Positions 51,545 through 60,309 of a stretch of DNA of 64,000 nt are shown piece after piece. Numbering within the stretch: the stretch's first letter is position 1; every line of letters begins with the position of its first letter. Under the pieces are notes generated by a model, which saw only the letters and a list, made by a program, of their open reading frames with translations, was not told where the DNA came from and made no database searches. Where the stretch lies: NCBI GenBank assembly GCA_041484665.1, contig JBGPIA010000004.1:160001-224000 (forward strand), written 5' to 3'. The DNA is from Candidatus Krumholzibacteriia bacterium (lineage in GTDB: Bacteria > Krumholzibacteriota > Krumholzibacteriia > JAJRXK01). The translations under genes were made by a program, and so were the position numbers.

Positions 51545-52130
51545 CCGTACCGCGCTCGGCGGCGAAGAGAGGGACAAGCTCGCCGCCGGATACGTCGCCC
51601 AACGCGGCGGCCGACGCACGGGCCGATGGACTGGCCGACGCGCGGCCCCCACCACGCGCCCACCGCTCGCGCGTCGCGCCGCGACGGGGATGCTGCTGGC
51701 CTGCGTCGCGCTCGCGGCCTGCGGTTGCCGGCACGAGCGCGCCGCGAGCCACGCGCCAGCCGCGTCGCAGCTTGCACCCGGAGCGCAGGAGCCGGCCGCG
51801 CTGGCCGAGGCCTCCATGCAGGAATTCCGAGCGTACGTGATCGGTGATACGGGCAGCGCGCCGCTGCCGCAGCGCGATCCATTCGCGCGCGGAGCCGCGC
51901 CGACCACTGGGGCCGCCGCGCCATCTCCCGCGCGCCCTGCGCCGGCGGCGGCGCGGCCGGCTCCCTTGCAGCTGCAGGGACTGCTCGAGCGGGACGGGGT
52001 CTGGGTGGCACTGATCGACGGCCAGCGCGTGCGCACGGGCGACGCGCTCGGCGAGTGGCAGGTAAAGCGTATCGACGCCGCAGGCGTCACGTTGCAGCAC
52101 GGCGCGCTCCGGCGCCGGCTGGGCCTGTGA
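51531..52130 (+). CDS. PilP/GspC-like lipoprotein
   Basis: LAAC lipobox, RDPF, LQLQGLL...VALIDGQRVRTGD...VKRIDAAGVTL. Confidence 0.7.
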   Translation: MNQTDRTALGGEERDKLAAGYVAQRGGRRTGRWTGRRAAPTTRPPLARRAATGMLLACVALAACGCRHERAASHAPAASQLAPGAQEPAALAEASMQEFRAYVIGDTGSAPLPQRDPFARGAAPTTGAAAPSPARPAPAAARPAPLQLQGLLERDGVWVALIDGQRVRTGDALGEWQVKRIDAAGVTLQHGALRRRLGL

Positions 52131-52153
52131 CGCGTACTGGAAAGAAGGCAGGC

Positions 52154-53512
52154 ATGCGAACGGGATTGGCACCGACGGTCCTGGCCCTCGCGCTCGCGGC
52201 GCTGACTGCGCCCTCGACTCCGCAGCCGGCGGCGGCCGGGCCGCAGGGCGCGCCGGCCACGGCGCCACCGCGCGCCGCCGAACCAGCGCCCCCGCCAGCT
52301 GGGGCGCAGAGTCGCTACAACCTCCAGTTCCGCAGCGCCCGCCTGGACGCCATCCTGCGCGCTCTGGCCGAGGCGCACGGAGCCAACCTGGCCGTCACGG
52401 GCGAGCTGGACACCGTGATGACGGCGAACCTCAGCAGTTTGACGCTGCCGGACGCTCTCGAGGCGCTGCTGGGAGCGACCCGCTGGACGTGGACGGAGGA
52501 AGCCGGTCTCTACCGCGTGGTGCCTGGCGGTACAGTCGTGACGCGCATCGTCCCGCTGCGCTATTCCAACGCCGGGCAGGTCGCCGAAGTGCTGCGAGCG
52601 CAGCTGCAAGACGTGACGATCAACGCCGAGCCCCGCAGCAACAGCGTGCTCGCCAGCGGCCCGGTGCCGCGCGTGCGCGAGGTGGCGCGGCTGCTTGCGG
52701 ACATCGACCACTCGCGCCCGCAGGTACGCATCCGCGCCGAGATGGTCGAGGTCAGCCTCACCGACTCCGATGTGCGCGGGGTCGACCTCGACGCGCTGCT
52801 CTCCGGACGGGACGCCGACGCCCGGCTGCGCACGGCCTTCGGCGACGTGCTCGACCCCTCCACCTTGAAGGTCCACACGCTGCAAGGCGACCTGGAGGTC
52901 ACCGGGATCCTCGCGGCGCTGCGCGAGCGGCGCAAGGCGGCGCTGCTCTCCAGCCCGGAGATCACCACCCTCGACAACCAGCCCGCCCGCATCCACGTGG
53001 GCGAGCGTGTCCCCTACCAGCGCGCCACCACTGAGACGCAGACCGGCGCCACGTTGGCGGAGGTCGAGTTCCTCGACGTGGGTGTGAAGCTGGAGGTCAC
53101 TCCTACGGTGAGCGACGACTCCACGCTCTACCTGCAGCTGCACAGCGAAGTGAGCGAGGTGCTCGATCAGAGCGTGCAGAACGTTCCGCGGATCGGCACG
53201 CGCGAGGCCGACACGCGCGTCATGGTCCGGCACGGCGACACCGTGGTGATCGGCGGCCTGATCCGCGACAACATCACGCGCACCACGAAGAAGTTCCCGG
53301 TGCTGGGCGACATCCCGCTCCTGGGGCTCTTGTTCCGGCGGGACACGGACGTGAAGACCAAGACCGAGCTGCTGGTCTTCATCCACCCCTGCATCCTGCC
53401 CGATCCCGCCGACCTGCGCCCCACCGCCAAGCAGCAGGAGCTGCGCGACCGATTCACGCCGGAGGGCTATCGGGAGGACGCGGACGGGACGACGGGCGGT
53501 CGCAAGCGCTGA
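52154..53512 (+). CDS. Secretin (GspD/PilQ family)
   Basis: QVRIRAEMVEV, LSSPEITTLDNQPARIHVG, GVKLEVTP, VIGGLI, PVLGDIPLLGLLFR, TELLVFIHP. Confidence 0.95.
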   Translation: MRTGLAPTVLALALAALTAPSTPQPAAAGPQGAPATAPPRAAEPAPPPAGAQSRYNLQFRSARLDAILRALAEAHGANLAVTGELDTVMTANLSSLTLPDALEALLGATRWTWTEEAGLYRVVPGGTVVTRIVPLRYSNAGQVAEVLRAQLQDVTINAEPRSNSVLASGPVPRVREVARLLADIDHSRPQVRIRAEMVEVSLTDSDVRGVDLDALLSGRDADARLRTAFGDVLDPSTLKVHTLQGDLEVTGILAALRERRKAALLSSPEITTLDNQPARIHVGERVPYQRATTETQTGATLAEVEFLDVGVKLEVTPTVSDDSTLYLQLHSEVSEVLDQSVQNVPRIGTREADTRVMVRHGDTVVIGGLIRDNITRTTKKFPVLGDIPLLGLLFRRDTDVKTKTELLVFIHPCILPDPADLRPTAKQQELRDRFTPEGYREDADGTTGGRKR

Positions 53513-53559
53513 GTAGCTTGTCGCGCGGCCGGTGTGAGTGGCTTGTCGCGCGGCCGGTC
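53510..53559. repeat. 25-bp tandem duplication starting at the secretin stop codon
   Basis: tgagtagcttgtcgcgcggccggtg / tgagtggcttgtcgcgcggccggtc. Confidence 0.8.
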
Positions 53560-53666
53560 GGGGGAATGGCCCGCCGGGCTCGGGCGCCCCGCAGGCCCGC
53601 AAGACGCCGGAAAACGCGGGGGCTCCGTGTCGAGCCCAAGCGCACCCAGCCTCCCCGGCGGGGGGT

Positions 53667-53695
53667 TTGACAGGCGTGGATCGGCAGGGTAAAGT
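53667..53695 (+). promoter_or_regulatory. Near-consensus sigma70 promoter
   Basis: TTGACA(53667-53672)-N17-TAAAGT(53690-53695); predicted +1 near 53702. Confidence 0.7.
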
Positions 53696-53701
53696 CGGCT
53701 T

Positions 53702-53795
53702 GGGACGAGTCGCAGGTGGTCCCCCGCGGGGAAGGCCTCGCGGGGGCCACTTTACGCACCAAGGGGTTCGCTACATTGCCCCTGCAACCCGTCCC
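53702..53795 (+). ncRNA. Candidate structured small RNA of unrecognised family
   Basis: Begins at the predicted +1. The 5' end GGGACGAGTCGCAGG pairs with the 3' end CCTGCAACCCGTCCC (13/15). Internal hairpins at 53716-53750 and 53762-53783. Confidence 0.45.
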
Positions 53796-53859
53796 CGCGC
53801 CCGGTCCCCCGGGGCCGGAACCTGCTGTGACCGCCTGCCGGCCGCCCTTGCAGCCGCGG

Positions 53860-54120
53860 TCACTCGCTCGTTTTCGGGCTTCCCCACCGCGCAGCCGCCG
53901 CCGCGATCCCCAGCGCCGCGAGCGCCCATACCCAGATGATGGCACCTGCTCCCACGCCGTAGGTCAGGAAGGCCGCGTGGGCCGTTGCGCGATTGAATTC
54001 CGTCAAGATGGCCGGGGGGACCGTCTTCTGGAAGATCGAGAAGAACCACTGGCCAAGTATGATTCCGATCACCTCGCTGCCGACGAGCAGAGCGAGCGCC
54101 GCGACGAGCTTGCCTCTCAT
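53860..54120 (-). CDS. Small two-TM membrane protein (86 aa)
   Basis: Two hydrophobic helices; GGAG upstream; coding-like codon usage. Confidence 0.7.
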   Translation of the reverse strand: MRGKLVAALALLVGSEVIGIILGQWFFSIFQKTVPPAILTEFNRATAHAAFLTYGVGAGAIIWVWALAALGIAAAAARWGSPKTSE

Positions 54121-54490
54121 GGGGATCTACTCCAACCGATCGTGACTGGCAGCTCGCTGCGGCAAGGAGCCCTCGGCCGGCCTGACTGGCTCCTCCATCA
54201 CCGTCCGCAAGCGCATGCCGGTATCCTGACGTGAACCGTTCCCTGGGCCCCGGTCCCCGTCGCCCGCCCCACTCTAACCCTGCGGTCGCGTTCTGTTCCA
54301 CTGGTGCTTGCCGGCGATTGTCCCGGCAGAATGCCCCCTTGCGAGCGCGTGGTGCGGGCGGCCAGTCCGTGCGTGGATGCCGCTCCCCGTCGCAGGACAG
54401 GTCGCCGATCCGGATCTGTGATCTAGCTCTCATGGGCGAAAACGTGGGAGAATCCCCTCAGGGGTGCATGCTCCGACCCCTGGGCCCCAG

Positions 54491-54526
54491 TCGGCGGCGC
54501 TGACCGTATCGGCGGCGCTGACGGTA
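54491..54526. repeat. 18-bp tandem repeat x2 upstream of the secreted-protein gene
   Basis: tcggcggcgctgaccgta / tcggcggcgctgacggta. Confidence 0.7.
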
Positions 54527-54572
54527 GCATCGCGACGACGGTGCTGTGTCCTATCACCGGGGAGGACTCCCG

Positions 54573-55586
54573 ATGGACTGGAACAAACCTCTTGGCGCTT
54601 GCGACTCTTTGCTCCCGCCGACGGGCCGGCGGGCTCGCCGGCTCTTGCCCGCGGCGACTGCCCTCTTCGCTGTGGCCCTGTTGCTCTGCCAGGCGCCCGG
54701 CGTCGGCCGGGCTCAGTCCGTCACACTGGCGGGCCTGTGGCCCAATGAGGACGGTCGCATCTGGAATTACGATGCGGTCTACCAGGAGCTGGGCGGCCCG
54801 CCGGTTGCGTTCCGCGCCAGCTTGCTCTTCGATGGGTCCGCGCCGATGCCGGGCGGCGTTACCGTGCAGAACCTGAAGGGAATCGTCTCCGGTCTGGCAC
54901 CGCTCGCCGCGACGGGCGCACGTCCAGGTGACGTCGCTTTGGCGGGGCTCTCGGGCTTCCAGCGATCGCTGTGGATCGCGCGACCGGACCTGCGGCCCGC
55001 GCTGCAACGACGAATGGCAAGCACAGCGGCCTTGACGGAGGTGCGGTGGCCGTTCGTCCTGCTGGGCCCGGCGCAGCTCGCCGACGGTGTCGGTTTCTCG
55101 AAGACCTCCTCGCAGGTCGGGATCTGGCGCGGCGAAATCGCCAACTGGTCATGGTGGTGGCTGCTCGACAACCTGACTGTCGGGGCTCGCTTCGACCAGC
55201 AGCTGGTGCCCGACCTCGCCTCCAACGTGTATCTCCACGCTGAGGTGAAGCAGATCCTCCCCCAGGCGACGCTTCCGAGCGGGACGTTCAACAACGTCCT
55301 GGTCATGGAGTACGTCGTCGATTACGGCCAGCAGACCATCACGGACGAGAGTGGCCACCTGATCGGGACGGGCCGCTATGAGACCCGCGGGACGATCTCC
55401 TTCGCGATGGGGGTGGGGCCGATTCACTCCGACGAGGAATTCGTCGTTGCCGAGCTCGACTGCCCCAGCGGGTGCCCGCCTCCACACGCCCCGGGCGAGG
55501 TGCTGGCGCAGGGTGAGCTGACGCTGCGCGAGCCATCGGTGCCCGACGCGCGCAGGAGCTGGGGCGAGCTGAAGGCCCGGTACTGA
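54573..55586 (+). CDS. Exported hypothetical beta-rich protein with C-terminal SWGELKARY tail
   Basis: GGGGAGG RBS, signal peptide (..GVGRA|QS), LWPNEDGRIWNY, FAMGVGPI; ends PSVPDARRSWGELKARY. Confidence 0.8.
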   Translation: MDWNKPLGACDSLLPPTGRRARRLLPAATALFAVALLLCQAPGVGRAQSVTLAGLWPNEDGRIWNYDAVYQELGGPPVAFRASLLFDGSAPMPGGVTVQNLKGIVSGLAPLAATGARPGDVALAGLSGFQRSLWIARPDLRPALQRRMASTAALTEVRWPFVLLGPAQLADGVGFSKTSSQVGIWRGEIANWSWWWLLDNLTVGARFDQQLVPDLASNVYLHAEVKQILPQATLPSGTFNNVLVMEYVVDYGQQTITDESGHLIGTGRYETRGTISFAMGVGPIHSDEEFVVAELDCPSGCPPPHAPGEVLAQGELTLREPSVPDARRSWGELKARY

Positions 55587-55694
55587 CCGGGGCTCGCGCA
55601 TCCGCGGGGCTCCCCGCGGCTTGCCGCGAGGGGGGGCGGCCAGGCGAACCGGGCCACCCCACCCCAGCAGCGGGAAACGCGACGATGATGCGCC

Positions 55695-58600
55695 CTACTT
55701 GACGAGCATCATCTTCCTCTGCAGCACGGCGCCGTCTGCCGTCAACCGTGCGATATACACACCGCTGGCGACGCGCTGGCGGGTATCGTCGGCGCCGTCC
55801 CACACTGCCTCGTGGCGGCCGGCGGGGCGGACCTCGCTGAGCAGCAGCCGCACCCGCTCGCCGCGCACATTGTACACCTCCAATTGCACCGCGCTCTCCC
55901 GCGCCAGGTCGAACGCGATCGTGGTGCGCGGGTTGAACGGGTTGGGATGGATGGAGGCCAACGCGGTGGTCTTGGGCAAGGGCGTCACGCCCGGCGCGCC
56001 CGTCACGGCGGGCACGAACTGCAGGCGGTAGTGCCCGTCCTTGGGCAGGTCGGCGGCACCTGCCTTCCACACCGCGATGCAGTAGTAGCCTGCCACCGGG
56101 ATGTCCACCACGAGCCACTCGTCATCACCGGCTGGATTGAACCAGGCGACGCCGTTGAGCAAACCGCTGTTCTTGCCGTGATACGGCAGACCGCCCTCGT
56201 GGATCGTGAGGCCCCAATCCACCTGGCCCGCATCCTCGAACAGGCCGATGGCGATAGGACCTGGGTCGAGGTAGACCTCGTGGAGCTTGAGGATGTGGCC
56301 CGGACCCAGCCCGAAGCCGGTAAAGACGCCGGCAGGATTGGTGCCCAGGTACGTGGAGGCGACCGTCTCGGCGGTGTAGCTTTGGGTTCCGCCGTTGTTC
56401 ACTACACCCACGTCGAACGCGCGCACGGGCGAGGTGGCCCGGAAGTTCGCGAGCACGAAATCGGACTGACCGGTCGACCACCCGGACATGGTGCGCAGGA
56501 CGTTGAAGCCGGCCGACGTGCCGCCGGCCATCTCGTGCAGCCGCGGGTCGACGTCGCTGGCTGCGCCGGGCATCGTGGCCGTCCCCTGCCACCAGCCGTC
56601 CCGGCCGGCTTGGACCGGCACCGGCGTGCGCAGCCCATCGCAGTTGTACGAGACCGGCTGCAGTCCGCCCAGGATCACGTCGTCCCAGCCGCCGGTAGGA
56701 TCACCAGGAGCGTTACGCGTGAAGGGCGTCGCCACGGCCAGCTGCAACGGGGACCACACCCACTGCCGGCCGTAGAAGTTGTTGAGCTCGCTGATCTCGG
56801 TCACGGTGTGGTTGTCGTCGAGGCGGTACGTGAGCGTGTGCCGCCCGCCGGGGACGTTGTAGGTGATGCTGGAATTGGAGGTCGTCAGGCCATTGGGCGA
56901 GATCGACCCCATGAAGGACGTCCCGACGTTCACGTCGTCCACGAAGTAGCGGGTGTAGAAGTTGCCCGAGCCGTTGAGACCGGCGTTGATCAGGGCCACG
57001 TTGAGGTACGTGGACGCGCTGTTGCCCGCCAGCGTGGTCGGGAAGGGAACCGAATTGAACGTGCCGTCGGGCGCGGGGCGCGGCACGAAGGGGCCGGCCC
57101 AGCCCGCGGGCGTCGTCGGCAGCAGGTCGGCCGGCGTCATGTACGGCTGCACGATCACGTCCACCGCGAGCGCGGCCTTCACCGCCGGGACGTCCTTGGG
57201 ATCGCGCCAGACGGCGACGCAGAACCAGCCGCCCGTCGTGGTGGAGGCCGTGAGCTGGGCGTGGCCGCTTGGGTCGGTTTTTGCGTACGCCGCGTAGCTC
57301 AGCAGCCCACCGGTGGCGAAGTTGTTGTCGTAGAGAGCGATCTGGATCGGCCCAGCCGAGGTGTCCACGTCGGCCGCGACGGTGAAGTTCTGCGCGGAGG
57401 GCACGTTGAACTGCCGCAGCTGGATGTAGCGGTTGGCCGGCAGCGTCACGGCGATCGGCGTCCCGAAATTGATCGAGGAGCTGAACTCCTTGATTGCGTT
57501 GTACTGGCCGGTGCCGTCGTTGCCGTTGGTTACGCCGACGTCCCAGGTGTTCGCCCCGGAGTTGTCGAAGCGAACCAGCATCGCGTCCAGGCAGCCGGCC
57601 GGCCGCGACGATGTCCCGTAAGTCACGGCGCCCAGGAAGCTGAAGCCGTTGGTGGCCCCGCTGGTGTGGGCGTCCAGGCGGGCGTCGTAGTCGTCGCTGT
57701 TGTTGACCGCCCACACCGCCACGCACGAGTAGAAGCCTCCGGTCTGGCTGAAGGTGAGCCCGTCGCAGTTGGAGCTGACGAAGAGCGGCACCGTGGTAAA
57801 TCCACCGATGGGATCAGGCGGCGCGCCGCGCGTCACCAGGGTCGACGTATTCAGAATGAGCGGCGACCAGACCCACTGGCGGCTGTAGCGATTGTCGGTC
57901 TCGATGTGCTCGGCGTGCTCCTCGGGAGAGTCGGCCCACACCGACAGGTTGTGCCGCCCACCCGGCACCGTGATCGGACCGTTGTTCCACCAGGCCACCA
58001 CCTGCCCCGGGCCGCACACGATGTTGAACGACCGCAGGGCGACGAACAGCCCGTCCCGGCGGAACTCGTTGGTCCAGGTGTCCATCGTCGGCAGCTCGCC
58101 CCCGTTGATGAAGGCAATGTTGAAATAGGTTGTGGTGGAGTTGCCGAACAGCACGGTGGGCGCGGGCGCCGAGGTGAACGAGGCATCGGCGGCTGTGCGC
58201 GGCACGATGGGATACGCCCAGCCCGGCTCGTAGTGCCCCGGCCTCATGTCGGCCGGATAGGGATCGCGGATCGTGATCGGCCCGAACGACGCATACTGAT
58301 TGTCCCAGTTGCCTGCCCGGTCCACGCTGCGGATGTTGAAGTAGTAGGCTCCGGGATTCAGGTCGGCAGTCGTGAAGGTCGTGACGTTGCCGATGTCCTT
58401 GGTGGTGTTGGGCAACGCTGGCGTATTCAGCGTCACCGAGACGCTGTATCCATCGATCCCCGAGAGGTCGTCGGTCGCCGCCGTCCACGTGTACTGGATC
58501 GTCCCATCGGGGGAGGAGACCGCGATCGAGTGGCTGGGTGAGCCAAGATTGCCCACCAGGCCCGGATCGGTCGTATCGGTCTGGTTGAAGCCGTTGTTCT

Positions 58601-60287
58601 CGCAGGTCGCCCAGAACTGGGTCTTGAGCTGCGGGTAGGCGGCCTTGAACGTGGCAATGAATGCCGCGGGGGTCGTCGGCCCGTAGTTGTGCGCGAGATC
58701 CATCATGTCCTTGAAATTCAGGTCGAGCTCGTCGATCCCCTGGCTGTAGGCTGGATCGTCGTCCTGCGTAGAATCGATGATGTCGCGCAGCAGTGCCGCC
58801 ATCTGCCCCTCGGACTGGAAGGCGTCGTCGAACTGGTTCACGACTCCGTCCTGGCACGGTTGCACGGTCTCGGCGTTGCGGAAAAACTGCGAAGCCAGTC
58901 CGTAGTCACTCGCCAGCGATTCGGTGAGGAAGTCGGCGGCGAAGTCGGGGAAGCCCTCCGCCCAGGCATCCTGGCCGCTCTCCTGGCACCACAGGCAGTG
59001 GCCGCAGTCACCGGAGCTGTCGCAGCGCGGTGGGGAATTGCAGTAGTCGTCGTTGTCGTAGTCGCCGAAGTCGTCCACCCAGTGGTGGCTGTACTCGTGC
59101 GAGATCGTGTCCTCTCTCCACTGCTTGCCGGCATTGATGTGCATCTCCTCCCAGAACGGAGTGTACCAGGAGTTGCTGTCGCTCTCGGGCCATTGCACAT
59201 CGACCGACGGTGTGTCGTAGCCGCGGTTGTAGTACCAGCGCCAGGTTCGGGTGGCAATGGTGAGGATGTGCAGCGCCGGATAGTCGCTGGCGTACTTGGG
59301 CCGGCGGCTGCCGAAGTCGATGAAGGTCCCGGTGAAGTCCTCGATCGTGCCGGTATCCCAGATGTAGTTGTTCTCCAAGATGTCGGTCTCCTCGACCTCC
59401 ACCCGGCCGTTGGCGGCCTCGAACTCGAGGTAGATATCTGGATCCTCGCTCTGGTCGTAGAGGAACGTGATGTCGAAGTAGCCGTTGGCGTCGGTGCTCG
59501 CCGCGGCGAGCTCGTCGTCCCAGTCGACGTCTTCGTCCATTACGCGCACGGTCGCGCCGTCGGCACCGACCGCCGGGCCATCAGAGCGGTAGTAGAAGAA
59601 GCGTCCCGTCACCCGGATGTGGTAGTCCTTGTTGATCACGCCATCGCGCGGGGCGTCGCCTGCGGCCTCCTCGGCGGAGACGCCCTTGCCAAGCGCGGGC
59701 TGCGCACGCGGCGGCGCGGTCGGCGGCTCGACGCGCGCCTCGGCTGTGACCGAGGGCGGAGGCACCAGGTCGGTGCGCGGGTCGAGCGTGGTCTGGTCCT
59801 CGCGCGCGGGGCCCTTGCCCAGCGCGGTCGTGCGCGGCGTGAGGCGGATTTGCCGCGTGTAGACGTTCCCGTTGTACTTGAACGAGAAGACCACGGGATC
59901 CGTGGGGTCATCCGGGATCGCGCTGAAGGTGACGTCGAGGGGCACCATCGCCGTGAGCGCGGTTGGTGTGCCAGGTGGGATGCTGAACGAAACGGGCTGC
60001 CAGGTGGGGACCCCGGCTCCCGAGCGGCCCCCCAGGCCGGTCAGCGAGAAATCGCTGACCGAGGCGTTCACGGCGCCGGTGATGCGCAGCGTGCCCTGGT
60101 AGATCTGACCCTGCACGGGGTAGGTGTACGGTCCCGGTGGCAGCACCTGGACCTTGATCGGCGGGCCGAGCGTGGCGGCGACCGGGTCGGCCACGAGCAT
60201 CAGGAGGAGCATCGCAAGGATCGGTGCGAGCAGCCCGCGCGCGGCGAGCGGGCCGGGGGCGGGCCGATGGGAACCACGGCGCTGCAT
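55695..60287 (-). CDS. Large secreted zinc-metalloprotease-like protein with FN3-like domain, two long CARDB-like repeats and a C-terminal FlgD-Ig/T9SS-A-like domain
   Basis: Signal peptide; SHEYSHH plus downstream AWAEGF; WTAATDDLSGIDGY; repeats ending RQWVWSPL; C-terminal PNPFNPRTTIAFDL...WDGADD...SGVYIARL...KMMLVK. Confidence 0.88.
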   Translation of the reverse strand: MQRRGSHRPAPGPLAARGLLAPILAMLLLMLVADPVAATLGPPIKVQVLPPGPYTYPVQGQIYQGTLRITGAVNASVSDFSLTGLGGRSGAGVPTWQPVSFSIPPGTPTALTAMVPLDVTFSAIPDDPTDPVVFSFKYNGNVYTRQIRLTPRTTALGKGPAREDQTTLDPRTDLVPPPSVTAEARVEPPTAPPRAQPALGKGVSAEEAAGDAPRDGVINKDYHIRVTGRFFYYRSDGPAVGADGATVRVMDEDVDWDDELAAASTDANGYFDITFLYDQSEDPDIYLEFEAANGRVEVEETDILENNYIWDTGTIEDFTGTFIDFGSRRPKYASDYPALHILTIATRTWRWYYNRGYDTPSVDVQWPESDSNSWYTPFWEEMHINAGKQWREDTISHEYSHHWVDDFGDYDNDDYCNSPPRCDSSGDCGHCLWCQESGQDAWAEGFPDFAADFLTESLASDYGLASQFFRNAETVQPCQDGVVNQFDDAFQSEGQMAALLRDIIDSTQDDDPAYSQGIDELDLNFKDMMDLAHNYGPTTPAAFIATFKAAYPQLKTQFWATCENNGFNQTDTTDPGLVGNLGSPSHSIAVSSPDGTIQYTWTAATDDLSGIDGYSVSVTLNTPALPNTTKDIGNVTTFTTADLNPGAYYFNIRSVDRAGNWDNQYASFGPITIRDPYPADMRPGHYEPGWAYPIVPRTAADASFTSAPAPTVLFGNSTTTYFNIAFINGGELPTMDTWTNEFRRDGLFVALRSFNIVCGPGQVVAWWNNGPITVPGGRHNLSVWADSPEEHAEHIETDNRYSRQWVWSPLILNTSTLVTRGAPPDPIGGFTTVPLFVSSNCDGLTFSQTGGFYSCVAVWAVNNSDDYDARLDAHTSGATNGFSFLGAVTYGTSSRPAGCLDAMLVRFDNSGANTWDVGVTNGNDGTGQYNAIKEFSSSINFGTPIAVTLPANRYIQLRQFNVPSAQNFTVAADVDTSAGPIQIALYDNNFATGGLLSYAAYAKTDPSGHAQLTASTTTGGWFCVAVWRDPKDVPAVKAALAVDVIVQPYMTPADLLPTTPAGWAGPFVPRPAPDGTFNSVPFPTTLAGNSASTYLNVALINAGLNGSGNFYTRYFVDDVNVGTSFMGSISPNGLTTSNSSITYNVPGGRHTLTYRLDDNHTVTEISELNNFYGRQWVWSPLQLAVATPFTRNAPGDPTGGWDDVILGGLQPVSYNCDGLRTPVPVQAGRDGWWQGTATMPGAASDVDPRLHEMAGGTSAGFNVLRTMSGWSTGQSDFVLANFRATSPVRAFDVGVVNNGGTQSYTAETVASTYLGTNPAGVFTGFGLGPGHILKLHEVYLDPGPIAIGLFEDAGQVDWGLTIHEGGLPYHGKNSGLLNGVAWFNPAGDDEWLVVDIPVAGYYCIAVWKAGAADLPKDGHYRLQFVPAVTGAPGVTPLPKTTALASIHPNPFNPRTTIAFDLARESAVQLEVYNVRGERVRLLLSEVRPAGRHEAVWDGADDTRQRVASGVYIARLTADGAVLQRKMMLVK

Positions 60288-60309
60288 GGTATGTCGTGCC
60301 TCCTGCCGG

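Noticed and set aside
53702..53795. tRNA, SRP or 6S identity for the candidate RNA
   Set aside because: No cloverleaf or anticodon arm, the GGTTCG loop is too large, no SRP GGAA/AGCAG motif, and it is too short for 6S.
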